Notes: generated by a model not told the origin, from the sequence alone. A stretch of DNA of 64,000 nucleotides from Verrucomicrobiota bacterium (GCA_023457035.1 JAEWNN010000136.1:4918-68917); one strand, 5' to 3'. Shown: positions 7,811-15,645, counted from the stretch's first letter. Numbers and translations are program-made.

Positions 7811-8749
7811 ATGGCCGTTCCAACCTACGATAAACTCCTGCGTCCGATTCTTGCCCTCGCCGCGCAAAAACCGATCACCCGCGTGGTGGCTACGAAGGAG
7901 ATGTGTCTTCAGTTCTCGTTGACGGCCGCCGATTCCGAGCAGCGGATTCCGAGCGGGAAGTCGACGTACATCCATAATCGGACCGGATGGGCGATGACCT
8001 TTCTGACCAAGGCCGGTTTGATCGCAAAGATCGAGGCGAAGACCTACCGCGCGACACCTGCCGGCAATGATTTCCTGAAAGCCCACCCGGAATCTATCCG
8101 TCTGTCAGACCTTCGTCTTCTGCCGGGATGGGAAGATGCTTGGGAAGCGGGCCGAGAACGGCGCCGAGCGAAGGCAGCGGAAGGTATTGATCCGGCCGCT
8201 GGCACCTCTGACGAAACAGCGACGCCCCTTGAGGTGATTGGGCGAGAGGTGGAGGCGCTTAGGGATGCGCTCCGTTCGCGCCTCCTGCGCACAATTCTTG
8301 AGCAGACACCGGAGTTCTTCGAACAACTGGTGCTCGATGTGCTGCTCGCGATGGGGTATGGCGGCTCGAAAGAGGATGCGGCTGAAAGGCTCGGGCGGAG
8401 CGGGGATGAGGGTATTGATGGCCGGATCAACCAAGACGCCCTCGGATTGGATCAGATCATGGTGCAGGCGAAGCGATACAAGTCCGACAACATCATCGAT
8501 CGGAAGACCATTCAGGCGTTCATCGGTTCGCTGGCCGGGCAAGGCGTGACCAAGGGGATCTTTATCACCACGAGCAGCTTCGCCGAAAGCGCCCGCGAAT
8601 TCGTCCTCCGGGGTTCAACGACGAAGGTCGTTTTGGTCGACGGGACGATGCTGATCGACCTCATGATCAAACACCGGATCGGTGCGCGGGTGGCCCACAC
8701 GTACGAACTTTACGAGCTCGACCAGAACTATTTCGACGAGGACGAGTGA
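7811..8749 (+). CDS. mrr: Mrr-type restriction endonuclease (Mrr_N winged helix plus Mrr catalytic domain)
   Basis: The N-terminus is MAVPTYDKLLRPILALAA...RIPSGKSTYIHNRTGWAMTFLTKAGLI. The catalytic core is LLAMGYGG...GDEGIDGRINQDALGLDQIMVQAKRYK...GIFITTSSF. GC is visibly lower than in the neighbouring genes. Confidence 0.9.
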   Translation: MAVPTYDKLLRPILALAAQKPITRVVATKEMCLQFSLTAADSEQRIPSGKSTYIHNRTGWAMTFLTKAGLIAKIEAKTYRATPAGNDFLKAHPESIRLSDLRLLPGWEDAWEAGRERRRAKAAEGIDPAAGTSDETATPLEVIGREVEALRDALRSRLLRTILEQTPEFFEQLVLDVLLAMGYGGSKEDAAERLGRSGDEGIDGRINQDALGLDQIMVQAKRYKSDNIIDRKTIQAFIGSLAGQGVTKGIFITTSSFAESAREFVLRGSTTKVVLVDGTMLIDLMIKHRIGARVAHTYELYELDQNYFDEDE

Positions 8750-8894
8750 CGATGACGCCTGAGGGGAGTCAATGGGGACAGGCCCTGCAAAAAGCCCCGC
8801 GGACTGGCGCGTGGCACCGAACAAGAAGGTCCCGCGGTGGGCGTTCTGTTTTCTCGACCCCGGGGTGGCATGGCGTTTGTCTGCGGACTTCCCC

Positions 8895-9884
8895 GTGAAA
8901 TTCCTGACCCCCGTCCTCGTTGCGGTTTTGGCCAGCGTCGCGCCCTTTGCCCTCGGCGAAGGCGCGCCGACCGCTGCGGCGCAGAAGACCACCAGCGCGC
9001 CTCCGGACATGAGCCGGTTTTTCCCGCCGCCGATGCAAAGCTTCGCTCTTTACGGCGACGGCAAGGTCCCGAACTCGAAACCGAGCCCCGACGAAGAGAC
9101 CGGCGCGGACCGCGGCTTCGTGCGCAATGTCTCTCGTCCGCAGATCCAGGTTCACCTGCCGGCGCCGAGCCGGGCGAACGGTGCGAGCATGCTCATCTTC
9201 CCGGGAGGAGGCTATGCCGGGCTCACGTTCGAGTACGAGGGAACCCAACAGGCGCGCTTCTTCGTCGCCCACGGTTTCGCGGCGTTCGTCGTAAAATACC
9301 GGGTACCAAGCGATCAGACGATGGAGAACAAATCCATCGGTCCGCTGCAGGATGCCCAGCAGGCGCTGCGGTTCGTCCGCCTGCACGCGAAGGAGTGGAA
9401 CCTGGATCCGGCCCGGATCGGTGCCATCGGATTTTCCGCGGGAGGGCACTTGGCCTCGACCCTGGCGACGCACTTCGCCACGGCGCATATCGACAATCCC
9501 GAGCAGGTGAGCCTTCGCCCCGACTTCCTCGTTGTGGTCTATCCCGTCATCAGCATGGACGCGAAGATCACACACCTCGATTCGCGCAAGGCCTTGCTGG
9601 GCCCGAGCCCGTCGGAAGACGACGTGCGTCTGTTCTCCAACGAACTTCAGGTGACCAAGGACACCCCGCCCACCTTGATCCTGCATGCGGCCGATGACGG
9701 GCTCGTCGACGTGGACAACAGCGTCGTGTTCTTCCAAGCGCTGCGGCACGCCGGCGTCCCGGTCGAAGCGCGACTCTTCGAGAAGGGCCAACACGGCTTC
9801 TTTCTCCTCCCGCCCGATGCGTGGCAACGGGTGATCATCGAGTGGATGACTGCGAACGGCTGGCCCTTTGCACGGGCGAAGTAG
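8895..9884 (+). CDS. Secreted alpha/beta-hydrolase (esterase/lipase fold)
   Basis: The nucleophile elbow GFSAGGH and the motifs FPGGGY and ILHAADDG are present. The GTG at 8895 gives a clean signal peptide (M)KFLTPVLVAVLASVAPFALG. The longest ORF starts at ATG 8772 but adds a non-signal-like leader. Confidence 0.75.
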   Translation: MKFLTPVLVAVLASVAPFALGEGAPTAAAQKTTSAPPDMSRFFPPPMQSFALYGDGKVPNSKPSPDEETGADRGFVRNVSRPQIQVHLPAPSRANGASMLIFPGGGYAGLTFEYEGTQQARFFVAHGFAAFVVKYRVPSDQTMENKSIGPLQDAQQALRFVRLHAKEWNLDPARIGAIGFSAGGHLASTLATHFATAHIDNPEQVSLRPDFLVVVYPVISMDAKITHLDSRKALLGPSPSEDDVRLFSNELQVTKDTPPTLILHAADDGLVDVDNSVVFFQALRHAGVPVEARLFEKGQHGFFLLPPDAWQRVIIEWMTANGWPFARAK

Positions 9885-10358
9885 CGCACCCCGTTGAGCC
9901 CGGGAGGCGATCCGGGCGCGGTCAGTCCGATCGTTCGAACATCGGTGAGATCCCCCGTTTCCGGTTGAGCCGCTGTTGCAGTGGCAAACGCCCAAGCGAG
10001 CTGAAACGGGGCCTGATGCTCGGGCCACTGGATCCCCGGAGTGTTCGGTGGTGTGTCGCCGGATTCCGGTGATGCGCAAAGCGCGGTGGCGAGGCAGGCT
10101 TGCCGAAAGGCCGCGCTTGGTGGCGAGCTGTCGGCCCGCGCGCGGGCCTCGGTACGATCCCAGCCTGGGCAGCCATTTTCGAAGCCCGACGCGCCCCTTG
10201 CCCGTCGGGCTTTGTGCTTTCGATGTGCGTTCAGCTTCGGTGAGTTGGGGCGGTGTGTACGTGCCGCACTGAGCTACCGGGTCGCGTATTGTTCCCCCGG
10301 CGCCGATCATCGCATTTGGTTGATCCCCTGTTGTCCGCGCTCCACCCGGCTCGCCAAG

Positions 10359-10650
10359 GATCGGCAAAATGATCGGCAGGGAACAACGAAACACGGGCGT
10401 CATAGGTATCGAAAGCCAATGGCTATCAACGCCTAATGCCGCGCTAAAGATCGGCGATAGGTGCTTACCAATACTGCGATTGAGCCTGTGGTTCCGACCC
10501 AGCTGCCTTCAGCTGTTGGCGGACTTGGCGCGCACGGTCCTGGAGACTGCCGCTCGCCTTTCCTCGAAGGATCACGAGCCGCTCCGCTCCCGGCTCGCGG
10601 TGCGTACCCTGAGTATGCACTGCTACCACTCGAATCTCAGCGAGGGACAC
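10359..10650 (+). pseudogene. Diverged duplicate of the fic upstream region and first ~55 codons (a truncated, frame-broken Fic N-terminal fragment)
   Basis: By eye, 10439-10650 aligns at roughly 75-80 percent identity with 6469-6690. The translations are MLTNTAIEPVVPTQ / LADLARTVLETAARLSSKDHEPLRSRL..MHCYHSNLSEG versus MLTKTAIEPVVPTQ..LEDLACTVLESAARLSAKVREPLRTQL..MHCYYSNLIEG. The phased GATCGGCA pair is also present at 10359 and 10371. Confidence 0.6.
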
Positions 10651-10692
10651 AAGGCCTTGCGGCAACCATCTGGGGTCTCCTTTGTTGCCTTC

Positions 10693-11238
10693 ATGCAACG
10701 TAAAGAATTCCTCACCACCGCCGCTGCTACGCTCGGCTCTTGCTTGTGTGGCGGCGCGCTTCTCGGTGCCGAGACGCCGTCGGCCGAGGCCGACTCGCCC
10801 GAAGTCCGCGATCTGCGGCAGAAGATCGAGTTCATGCAGAAGCGGATGGCCCGGCTGGTCGCCGCGCTGGATGCTCCCACCCGGTCGCGGGTGCTCGAAA
10901 CGATGGGACGCGAGTGTGCGAAGGAATTCGCCTCCCTCACGGAGCGCTTTCGCGGGAAACCGCGGGAGTTCCTCGACGAGGCCCGCCGCCAATGGATGAA
11001 GGAGGCGAGCTACGATCCGGCCACCGGGACCGTCCGTGTCGTGGATCGGGCAGCCCACTGCACCTGCGCCTTTGTCCGACCCGGCCTCACTCCGGCGGAC
11101 TTCTGTGCCTGCACCCTGGGGTGGCAGAAGGAGGCGTACGCGACCATCCTCGGTGAACCGGTCGATGCGGAGCTGGAGTCGTCGGTGCTGCGTGGCGACA
11201 GCTGCTGCGCCTTTCGCATGCGGGCGCGGCGTGGATGA
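10693..11238 (+). CDS. Small Cys-rich exported protein (Tat-like signal; resembles the DUF6144 type)
   Basis: The internal ATG at 10693 gives MQRKEFLTTAAATLGSCLCGGALLGA followed by ...GRECAKEF...AAHCTCAF...FCACTLGWQKEAYATILGEPV..SVLRGDSCCAFRM. The track ORF 10369..11238 fuses it in frame to the Fic fragment. Confidence 0.6.
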   Translation: MQRKEFLTTAAATLGSCLCGGALLGAETPSAEADSPEVRDLRQKIEFMQKRMARLVAALDAPTRSRVLETMGRECAKEFASLTERFRGKPREFLDEARRQWMKEASYDPATGTVRVVDRAAHCTCAFVRPGLTPADFCACTLGWQKEAYATILGEPVDAELESSVLRGDSCCAFRMRARRG

Positions 11239-11263
11239 AGCGACGCGCCCCGTCGGCTGGAGC

Positions 11264-12262
11264 TCACGTGCAGGCCATGCCGAGCGGGAGCTCGCAGTTG
11301 GGGCGGGCGATCACGCCGGGGTAGGGCTCGGCGGCGAAGGGGATGGTGGGATCGCGCAGAAGGTGCTCGTCGCACACGGCGAAGAGCTCGGCCTCGGTGC
11401 GGGCGTGGCGCATGGCGCGGAGAAAACGGCTCTCGGGGTCCACGCTTTGCGCGATGAAGTTGAGGTACTTCTTGAGCTTGCCGGTGCGGGCGAACTCGGG
11501 CGCGGCGGGGTTGGCGGTGGCGCGGTGGAGCCGGTCGATGTACTCGCGCACGTCGCCGAGCGTGGGCGCGAAGACGGGTTCGCCGGCGAAACGCTCGCGG
11601 AGCTGGCGGAAGATCCAGGGGTTGCGGATGGCGTGGCGGCCGACCATCACGCCGGCGCAGCGCGTGGCGGCGAGCACGGTGGCGGCCTTGGCGGCGGAGG
11701 AGATTTCGCCGTTGGCCAGCACCGGACAGCGGAGACGCGCGACGGCGCGGGCGGCGAACTCGTAGTGCGGCTCGCCGCGGTAGAGCTCCTTGACGCTGCG
11801 GCAGTGCACGCTGAGCAGGTCGACGTCGTGCTTGTCGATCAGCTCGAGGAGCGCATCGAAGGTGGCGCCGTCGTCGAAGCCGATGCGGGTCTTGACGGTG
11901 AAGAGGCCGGGCGTGGCGGCGCGCAGGGTGCGAAGGATCTCGTCGACCTTGGCGAGGTCGCGGTGGAGGCCGCCGCCGACGTTCTTGCGGTAGATCTTCG
12001 GGGCGGGGCAGCCGAGGTTGAGGTCGATGCCGGCGATGGGGAGCTTGAGCAGATCGGCGGCGGCGCGGGCGAGGTCGGGCAGGCTCTCGCCGATGAGCTG
12101 GGCGAAGACGGGGCGGCCGGTCCGGTTCTCGGTGACCGAGCGGACGATGTGGTCCTCGAGGCGCGAAGTGGCGTGGACGCGGAAGAACTCGGTGACGAAG
12201 TAGTCGGGCGCGCCGTAGTGTGCGCTCACGCCGAAGAAGGCGAGGTCGGTCACGTCCTGCAT
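11264..12262 (-). CDS. tRNA-dihydrouridine synthase (Dus family)
   Basis: The protein contains GIDLNLGCPAPKIYRKNVGGGL, TVKTRIGFDD, SVHCRS and GVMVGRHAIRNPWIF. The ATG at 12262 falls inside the conserved LAPM..VTD motif, so the true start may be a non-canonical codon upstream (see findings). Confidence 0.85.
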   Translation of the reverse strand: MQDVTDLAFFGVSAHYGAPDYFVTEFFRVHATSRLEDHIVRSVTENRTGRPVFAQLIGESLPDLARAAADLLKLPIAGIDLNLGCPAPKIYRKNVGGGLHRDLAKVDEILRTLRAATPGLFTVKTRIGFDDGATFDALLELIDKHDVDLLSVHCRSVKELYRGEPHYEFAARAVARLRCPVLANGEISSAAKAATVLAATRCAGVMVGRHAIRNPWIFRQLRERFAGEPVFAPTLGDVREYIDRLHRATANPAAPEFARTGKLKKYLNFIAQSVDPESRFLRAMRHARTEAELFAVCDEHLLRDPTIPFAAEPYPGVIARPNCELPLGMACT

Positions 12263-12315
12263 GGGCGCGAGCGCGGTGAGCGGCAGGCCGGGGCGCAGCG
12301 GCGGCGGCAGTTGCC

Positions 12316-12469
12316 GGTGGACGGTGAGCGGTGGACGGTCGCCGGTGGGCGGTGACGGATGGCCGATGGCGGATGGCCGATGGCGGATGGACTGGGGGGC
12401 GGAGGTCAGATGCGGAGGGCTGAGGACGGATGACGGTGGGCGGTGGACAGTTGACTGTGGGCGGTGCGC
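12316..12469. repeat. In-register heptanucleotide array, about 22 units, plus-strand consensus GGTGGRC
   Basis: Positions 12316-12392 read GGTGGAC GGTGAGC GGTGGAC GGTCGCC GGTGGGC GGTGACG GATGGCC GATGGCG GATGGCC GATGGCG GATGGAC. Positions 12421-12469 read TGAGGAC GGATGAC GGTGGGC GGTGGAC AGTTGAC TGTGGGC GGTGCGC in the same 7-bp register. Confidence 0.7.
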
Positions 12470-12570
12470 AGCCGGCGGAGGATCGGGCGGCGGGCGGGCG
12501 GCGCGGGATCAAAACGTTCCCGCGTTTCGCGCCGAGAAAAAGGGCGGAGCGTGCGGGCGCAGGGCGAGAC

Positions 12571-13068
12571 TCAGAACGGCTTGTCGTTCTCGTCTTCCTC
12601 GTCGTCGGCGTCGTCCTCCTCGTCCTCGTTCTGCTGCTTGAGCACGCGTTCGAGGATCTCGGTCATGTCCTCGACGGCGTCGTAGACGGCGCGGGCGACG
12701 AAGACGGGCTTCTTCTGCTGGAGGGCGAGGACGAGGGAGTCGCTCGGGCGGGCGTCGACCTCGATGATCTTGCGGCCGAGCTCGTTGGACATCGTGAGGA
12801 TGATGCGGGCGAAGAAGGTGCCGTTGTCGACGTCGTTGATGACGACGCGTTCGAGCACGACGCCGAGGCCGAGGAAGATGTTGCCGATGAGATCGTGGGT
12901 GAGCGGGCGGTCCTTCTTCACCCCCTGCATCGTCATGGAGATGGCGTTGCCGACGGAGTGGTCGACGTAGATGACGAAGTTCTTGTCGTCGTCGCCGAGG
13001 AAGACGGCGCAGCCGTTGGCGGTGGGCATCACGCCTTTGACGGAGACTTCGACAACATCGTTCTGCAT
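12571..13068 (-). CDS. Bifunctional nuclease (BFN/DUF151 family) with an acidic tail
   Basis: The internal ATG (CAT 13066-13068) gives MQNDVVEVSVKGVMPTANGCAVFLGDDDKNFVIYVDHSVGNAISMTMQGVKKDRPLTHDL...ARPSDSLVLALQ... Confidence 0.85.
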   Translation of the reverse strand: MQNDVVEVSVKGVMPTANGCAVFLGDDDKNFVIYVDHSVGNAISMTMQGVKKDRPLTHDLIGNIFLGLGVVLERVVINDVDNGTFFARIILTMSNELGRKIIEVDARPSDSLVLALQQKKPVFVARAVYDAVEDMTEILERVLKQQNEDEEDDADDEEDENDKPF

Positions 13069-13119
13069 GCGGGGCGAAATGTGCGGGCGGCGCCGGGGGA
13101 CTGCAAGTCGGGAGAGGAC

Positions 13120-13189
13120 GGCGGGCGGTGGGCGGTATCCGGTTGCCGGTATCCGGTGACCGGTGGGCGGTGACCGGTGGGCGGTGGGT
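13120..13189. repeat. Second heptad array (GGTNNNC units)
   Basis: Positions 13134-13189 read GGTATCC GGTTGCC GGTATCC GGTGACC GGTGGGC GGTGACC GGTGGGC GGTGGGT, preceded by a related GCGGGCGGTGGGC. Confidence 0.65.
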
Positions 13190-13215
13190 CGGGGGAAGGG
13201 GTGGAGTCCCGAGGC

Positions 13216-13380
13216 GGTCCGGTCGGAGACCGGACCCACTTGGCGAGGAATGTCGCGTGGCGCGCCGCAGCACGGTGGGCGGTGGGTAGGGCCGGTCTGC
13301 GACCGGCCGCGGTGGGCGAGGACCGGGGGGGAGGAGGGGACCAAGGGGTCTGGTCGCAGACCGGACCCACATGGGCGAGG
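13216..13380. repeat. Three tandem REP-like hairpin elements immediately 3' of the deaD-like stop
   Basis: The three elements are GGTCCGGTC-gga-GACCGGACC-cacttggcgagg (13216-13248), GGCCGGTC-tgc-GACCGGCC-gcggtgggcgagg (13290-13321) and GGGTCTGGTC-gca-GACCGGACCC-acatgggcgagg (13346-13380). Confidence 0.65.
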
Positions 13381-13383
13381 GGC

Positions 13384-15105
13384 TCAGGCGACCGGGGGGT
13401 CGACGCGGCGGACCTGGATACGCACACCGCGCATCATCACGCCGGGCATCTTGTTGACGACGAGGTCGAGGTTCTCGTCGGAGACGTCGACGTAGCTCTC
13501 CTGGTCGAGCAGGTCGATCGCGCCGATGGCCTTGGCGGTGAGGCGGGTGACGCCGGCGATCTTGCCGACGATGTCGGCGGGGGTGACGCCATGCATGCGG
13601 CCGACGTTGAAGGCGATGGTGGTGAAACCCTCCTCGTTGCCGGTGCGGCGCATCCAGCGGCCGGCGGGCGCGGCCGACGGGGGCGCAAAATCGCGGGAGC
13701 GTTTCTCGCGATGCGGCGGGAAGGGCGAGTGCGCGGGCGGCTCGTCGCGAAAATTTGGAGCCTGGTAGGGGGGCGGGGTGTCGATGGTGGCGGCGGGGGC
13801 GGAGGGTTTGCCGGGTTCGCCGTCGCGCAGGAGGTGGATGAGGGCGGAGGAGATGTCGGTGGGGGCGTAGCCCTGCTCGATGAGGCGGTCGATCATGCGG
13901 TCCTGCTTCTCGAACTTGCCGCCCTCGAGGGTGGCGCGGATCTTCTCGAAGAAGACGTTCTCGCGGGCCTCCTCGACCTGGTCGATGGAGGGGATGCGCT
14001 CGCGGCGAATCTTGAGCTTCGCCATGCGGATCATGAACTGGAGTTTGTAGATCTCACGACCGGAGACGAAGGTGAAGGCGCGGCCGGATTTGCCGGCGCG
14101 GCCGGTGCGGCCGATGCGGTGGGTGTAGTCCTCGGCGTCGTTGGGCAGGTCGAAGTTGAAGACGACCTCGAGGTCGTCGACGTCGAGGCCGCGGGCGGCG
14201 ACGTCGGTGGCGATGAGGAACTCGAACTTGCGGTCGCGGAACTTGGACATGACGCGGTCGCGCTGGGTCTGCGCCATGTCGCCGTGGAGACGATCGACGG
14301 CGTAGCCACGGGTGTGCAGGGCCTCGTCGAGCTCGTCGACCATGACCTTGGTGGAGCAGAAGACGATGCCGTAGCGGAAGTCGTGGACGTCGATGAGGCG
14401 GGTGAGGGCCTCGAGCTTGGAGCGGCGCTCGACCTCGAAGTACACCTGCTCGACCTGCGGGGCGTTCTGGGCGAGGGACTCGATCTTCACCATCTCCGGT
14501 TCGTTGCTGTACCGCTTGATCATGGCGCGGATCGGCGGCGGCATCGTGGCGGAGAAAAAGAGGAGTTGGCGCTGCTCGGGGGCGGCCTGGACGACGCGCT
14601 CGATGTCGTCGCGGAAGCCCATGTCGAGCATGCGATCGGCCTCGTCGAGGATGAGGAGCTTGAGGGCGTCGAGCTTGAGGGTGCCGCGCTCGAGGTGGTC
14701 GAGCACACGGCCCGGGGTGCCGATGACGATCTGCACACCGGCGGCGAGGCCGCGGAGCTGGCGGTCGTAGGCTTGGCCGCCGAAGACGGGGAGTTCGCGG
14801 ATGCCGCGTTTGAAGAGGGTGAGCTTGGCGACCTCCTCGGCGACCTGGAGGGCGAGCTCGCGGGTGGGGCAGAGGATGAGGACCTGCGTCTGTTTGACCG
14901 CCGGGTCGGCGAGCTGCACGGCAGGGATCGCGAAGGCGCAGGTCTTGCCGGAGCCGGTGGAGGACTGGCCGACGAGGTCACGGCCGGCGAGGATGAGCGG
15001 AATCACCGCAGTCTGGATCGGGGAGGCCTCCTCGAAGCCCATTTTGTCGACGGCCTTGAGGAGCTCGGGCGTGAGGCCCAGTTCGGTGAATTTGCGCTTT
15101 TCCAT
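13384..15105 (-). CDS. deaD: DEAD-box ATP-dependent RNA helicase with a DbpA-type C-terminal RNA-binding domain
   Basis: The protein has a Q motif (GFEEASPIQ) and the motifs STGSGKTCAF, PTRELA, DEAD (ILDEADRMLD), SAT, ARGLD and HRIGRTGRAG. The start is an internal ATG (CAT 15103-15105). Confidence 0.9.
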   Translation of the reverse strand: MEKRKFTELGLTPELLKAVDKMGFEEASPIQTAVIPLILAGRDLVGQSSTGSGKTCAFAIPAVQLADPAVKQTQVLILCPTRELALQVAEEVAKLTLFKRGIRELPVFGGQAYDRQLRGLAAGVQIVIGTPGRVLDHLERGTLKLDALKLLILDEADRMLDMGFRDDIERVVQAAPEQRQLLFFSATMPPPIRAMIKRYSNEPEMVKIESLAQNAPQVEQVYFEVERRSKLEALTRLIDVHDFRYGIVFCSTKVMVDELDEALHTRGYAVDRLHGDMAQTQRDRVMSKFRDRKFEFLIATDVAARGLDVDDLEVVFNFDLPNDAEDYTHRIGRTGRAGKSGRAFTFVSGREIYKLQFMIRMAKLKIRRERIPSIDQVEEARENVFFEKIRATLEGGKFEKQDRMIDRLIEQGYAPTDISSALIHLLRDGEPGKPSAPAATIDTPPPYQAPNFRDEPPAHSPFPPHREKRSRDFAPPSAAPAGRWMRRTGNEEGFTTIAFNVGRMHGVTPADIVGKIAGVTRLTAKAIGAIDLLDQESYVDVSDENLDLVVNKMPGVMMRGVRIQVRRVDPPVA

Positions 15106-15279
15106 GCGGGACTGTGTGGGGGTGGGGGCGGGAGAGCAAGGCGCGGGAAGGGGCACGGTGGAAATGGGCGGAGCGGGGCGCGGCGACGTAGCCTCGGGGC
15201 GCACGCACTTCCGGTTGCCGGGACGGTGTCGGGACCTGCCTTGACAAAGCCGGGGGCGGGCGGTTGCCTCGGCCGCTTC

Positions 15280-15645
15280 ATGAACATTTTGATCGTTGTC
15301 CTGACTTTCCTGCTCGTGCTCGTCTCGCTGTTCCTCGGGCTGCTGGTGCTCGTGCAGAAGCCCCGTTCCGACAGCGGTCTGGGCACGGCGATGGGCGGCG
15401 GCGTGGCCGAGGCGACCTTCGGCGCCGAGACCGGCAACGTGCTGACGCGCTCGACGATCGTGCTCGCGGTCGCCTTCTTCGTCCTGGGTTTCGGCGCCTA
15501 TCTCGGCCAGATCTACGTGGTGAAGCACAAGGACAAGTCGGTCGAGAGCCTCCCGGCGGCCCCGGTGTCCACCGCGCCCGCCGCTCCGGCACCCGAGGCC
15601 GTGCCGGCCCCGACCCCCGCGCCGGCTCCGGCGGCGCAACCCTGA
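15280..15645 (+). CDS. secG: Preprotein translocase subunit SecG
   Basis: The sequence is MNILIVVLTFLLVLVSLFLGLLVLVQKPRSDSGLGTAMGGG...GNVLTRSTIVLAVAFFVLGF plus a Pro/Ala tail. It is the C-terminal part of track ORF 13177..15645. Confidence 0.85.
   Translation: MNILIVVLTFLLVLVSLFLGLLVLVQKPRSDSGLGTAMGGGVAEATFGAETGNVLTRSTIVLAVAFFVLGFGAYLGQIYVVKHKDKSVESLPAAPVSTAPAAPAPEAVPAPTPAPAPAAQP

Noticed and set aside
8772-8894. The longest-ORF starts for several genes: ATG 8772 for the esterase, TTG 17952 for the methyltransferase, GTG 21105 for DegT, TTG 22917 for hisC and GTG 44064 for the DUF418 gene.
   Set aside because: In each case a nearby downstream start gives a canonical N-terminus, such as a signal peptide or a conserved first motif. 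The extra residues are atypical. These are kept as alternatives only.
9885-10358. About 470 bp with no credible ORF downstream of the esterase. I looked for a degraded hsdR 5' end mirroring the arrangement left of the intact fic copy.
   Set aside because: None of the six-frame translations resembles the HsdR N-terminus or any other family I recognise. It is treated as decayed, non-coding island DNA pending a database search.
12316-13380. Possible CRISPR array, suggested by the dense short repeats around the BFN nuclease gene.
   Set aside because: The units are 7-bp heptads in direct contact, or ~20-bp hairpins with dissimilar spacing. There are no 25-40-nt repeats alternating with unique spacers, and no cas genes are nearby.
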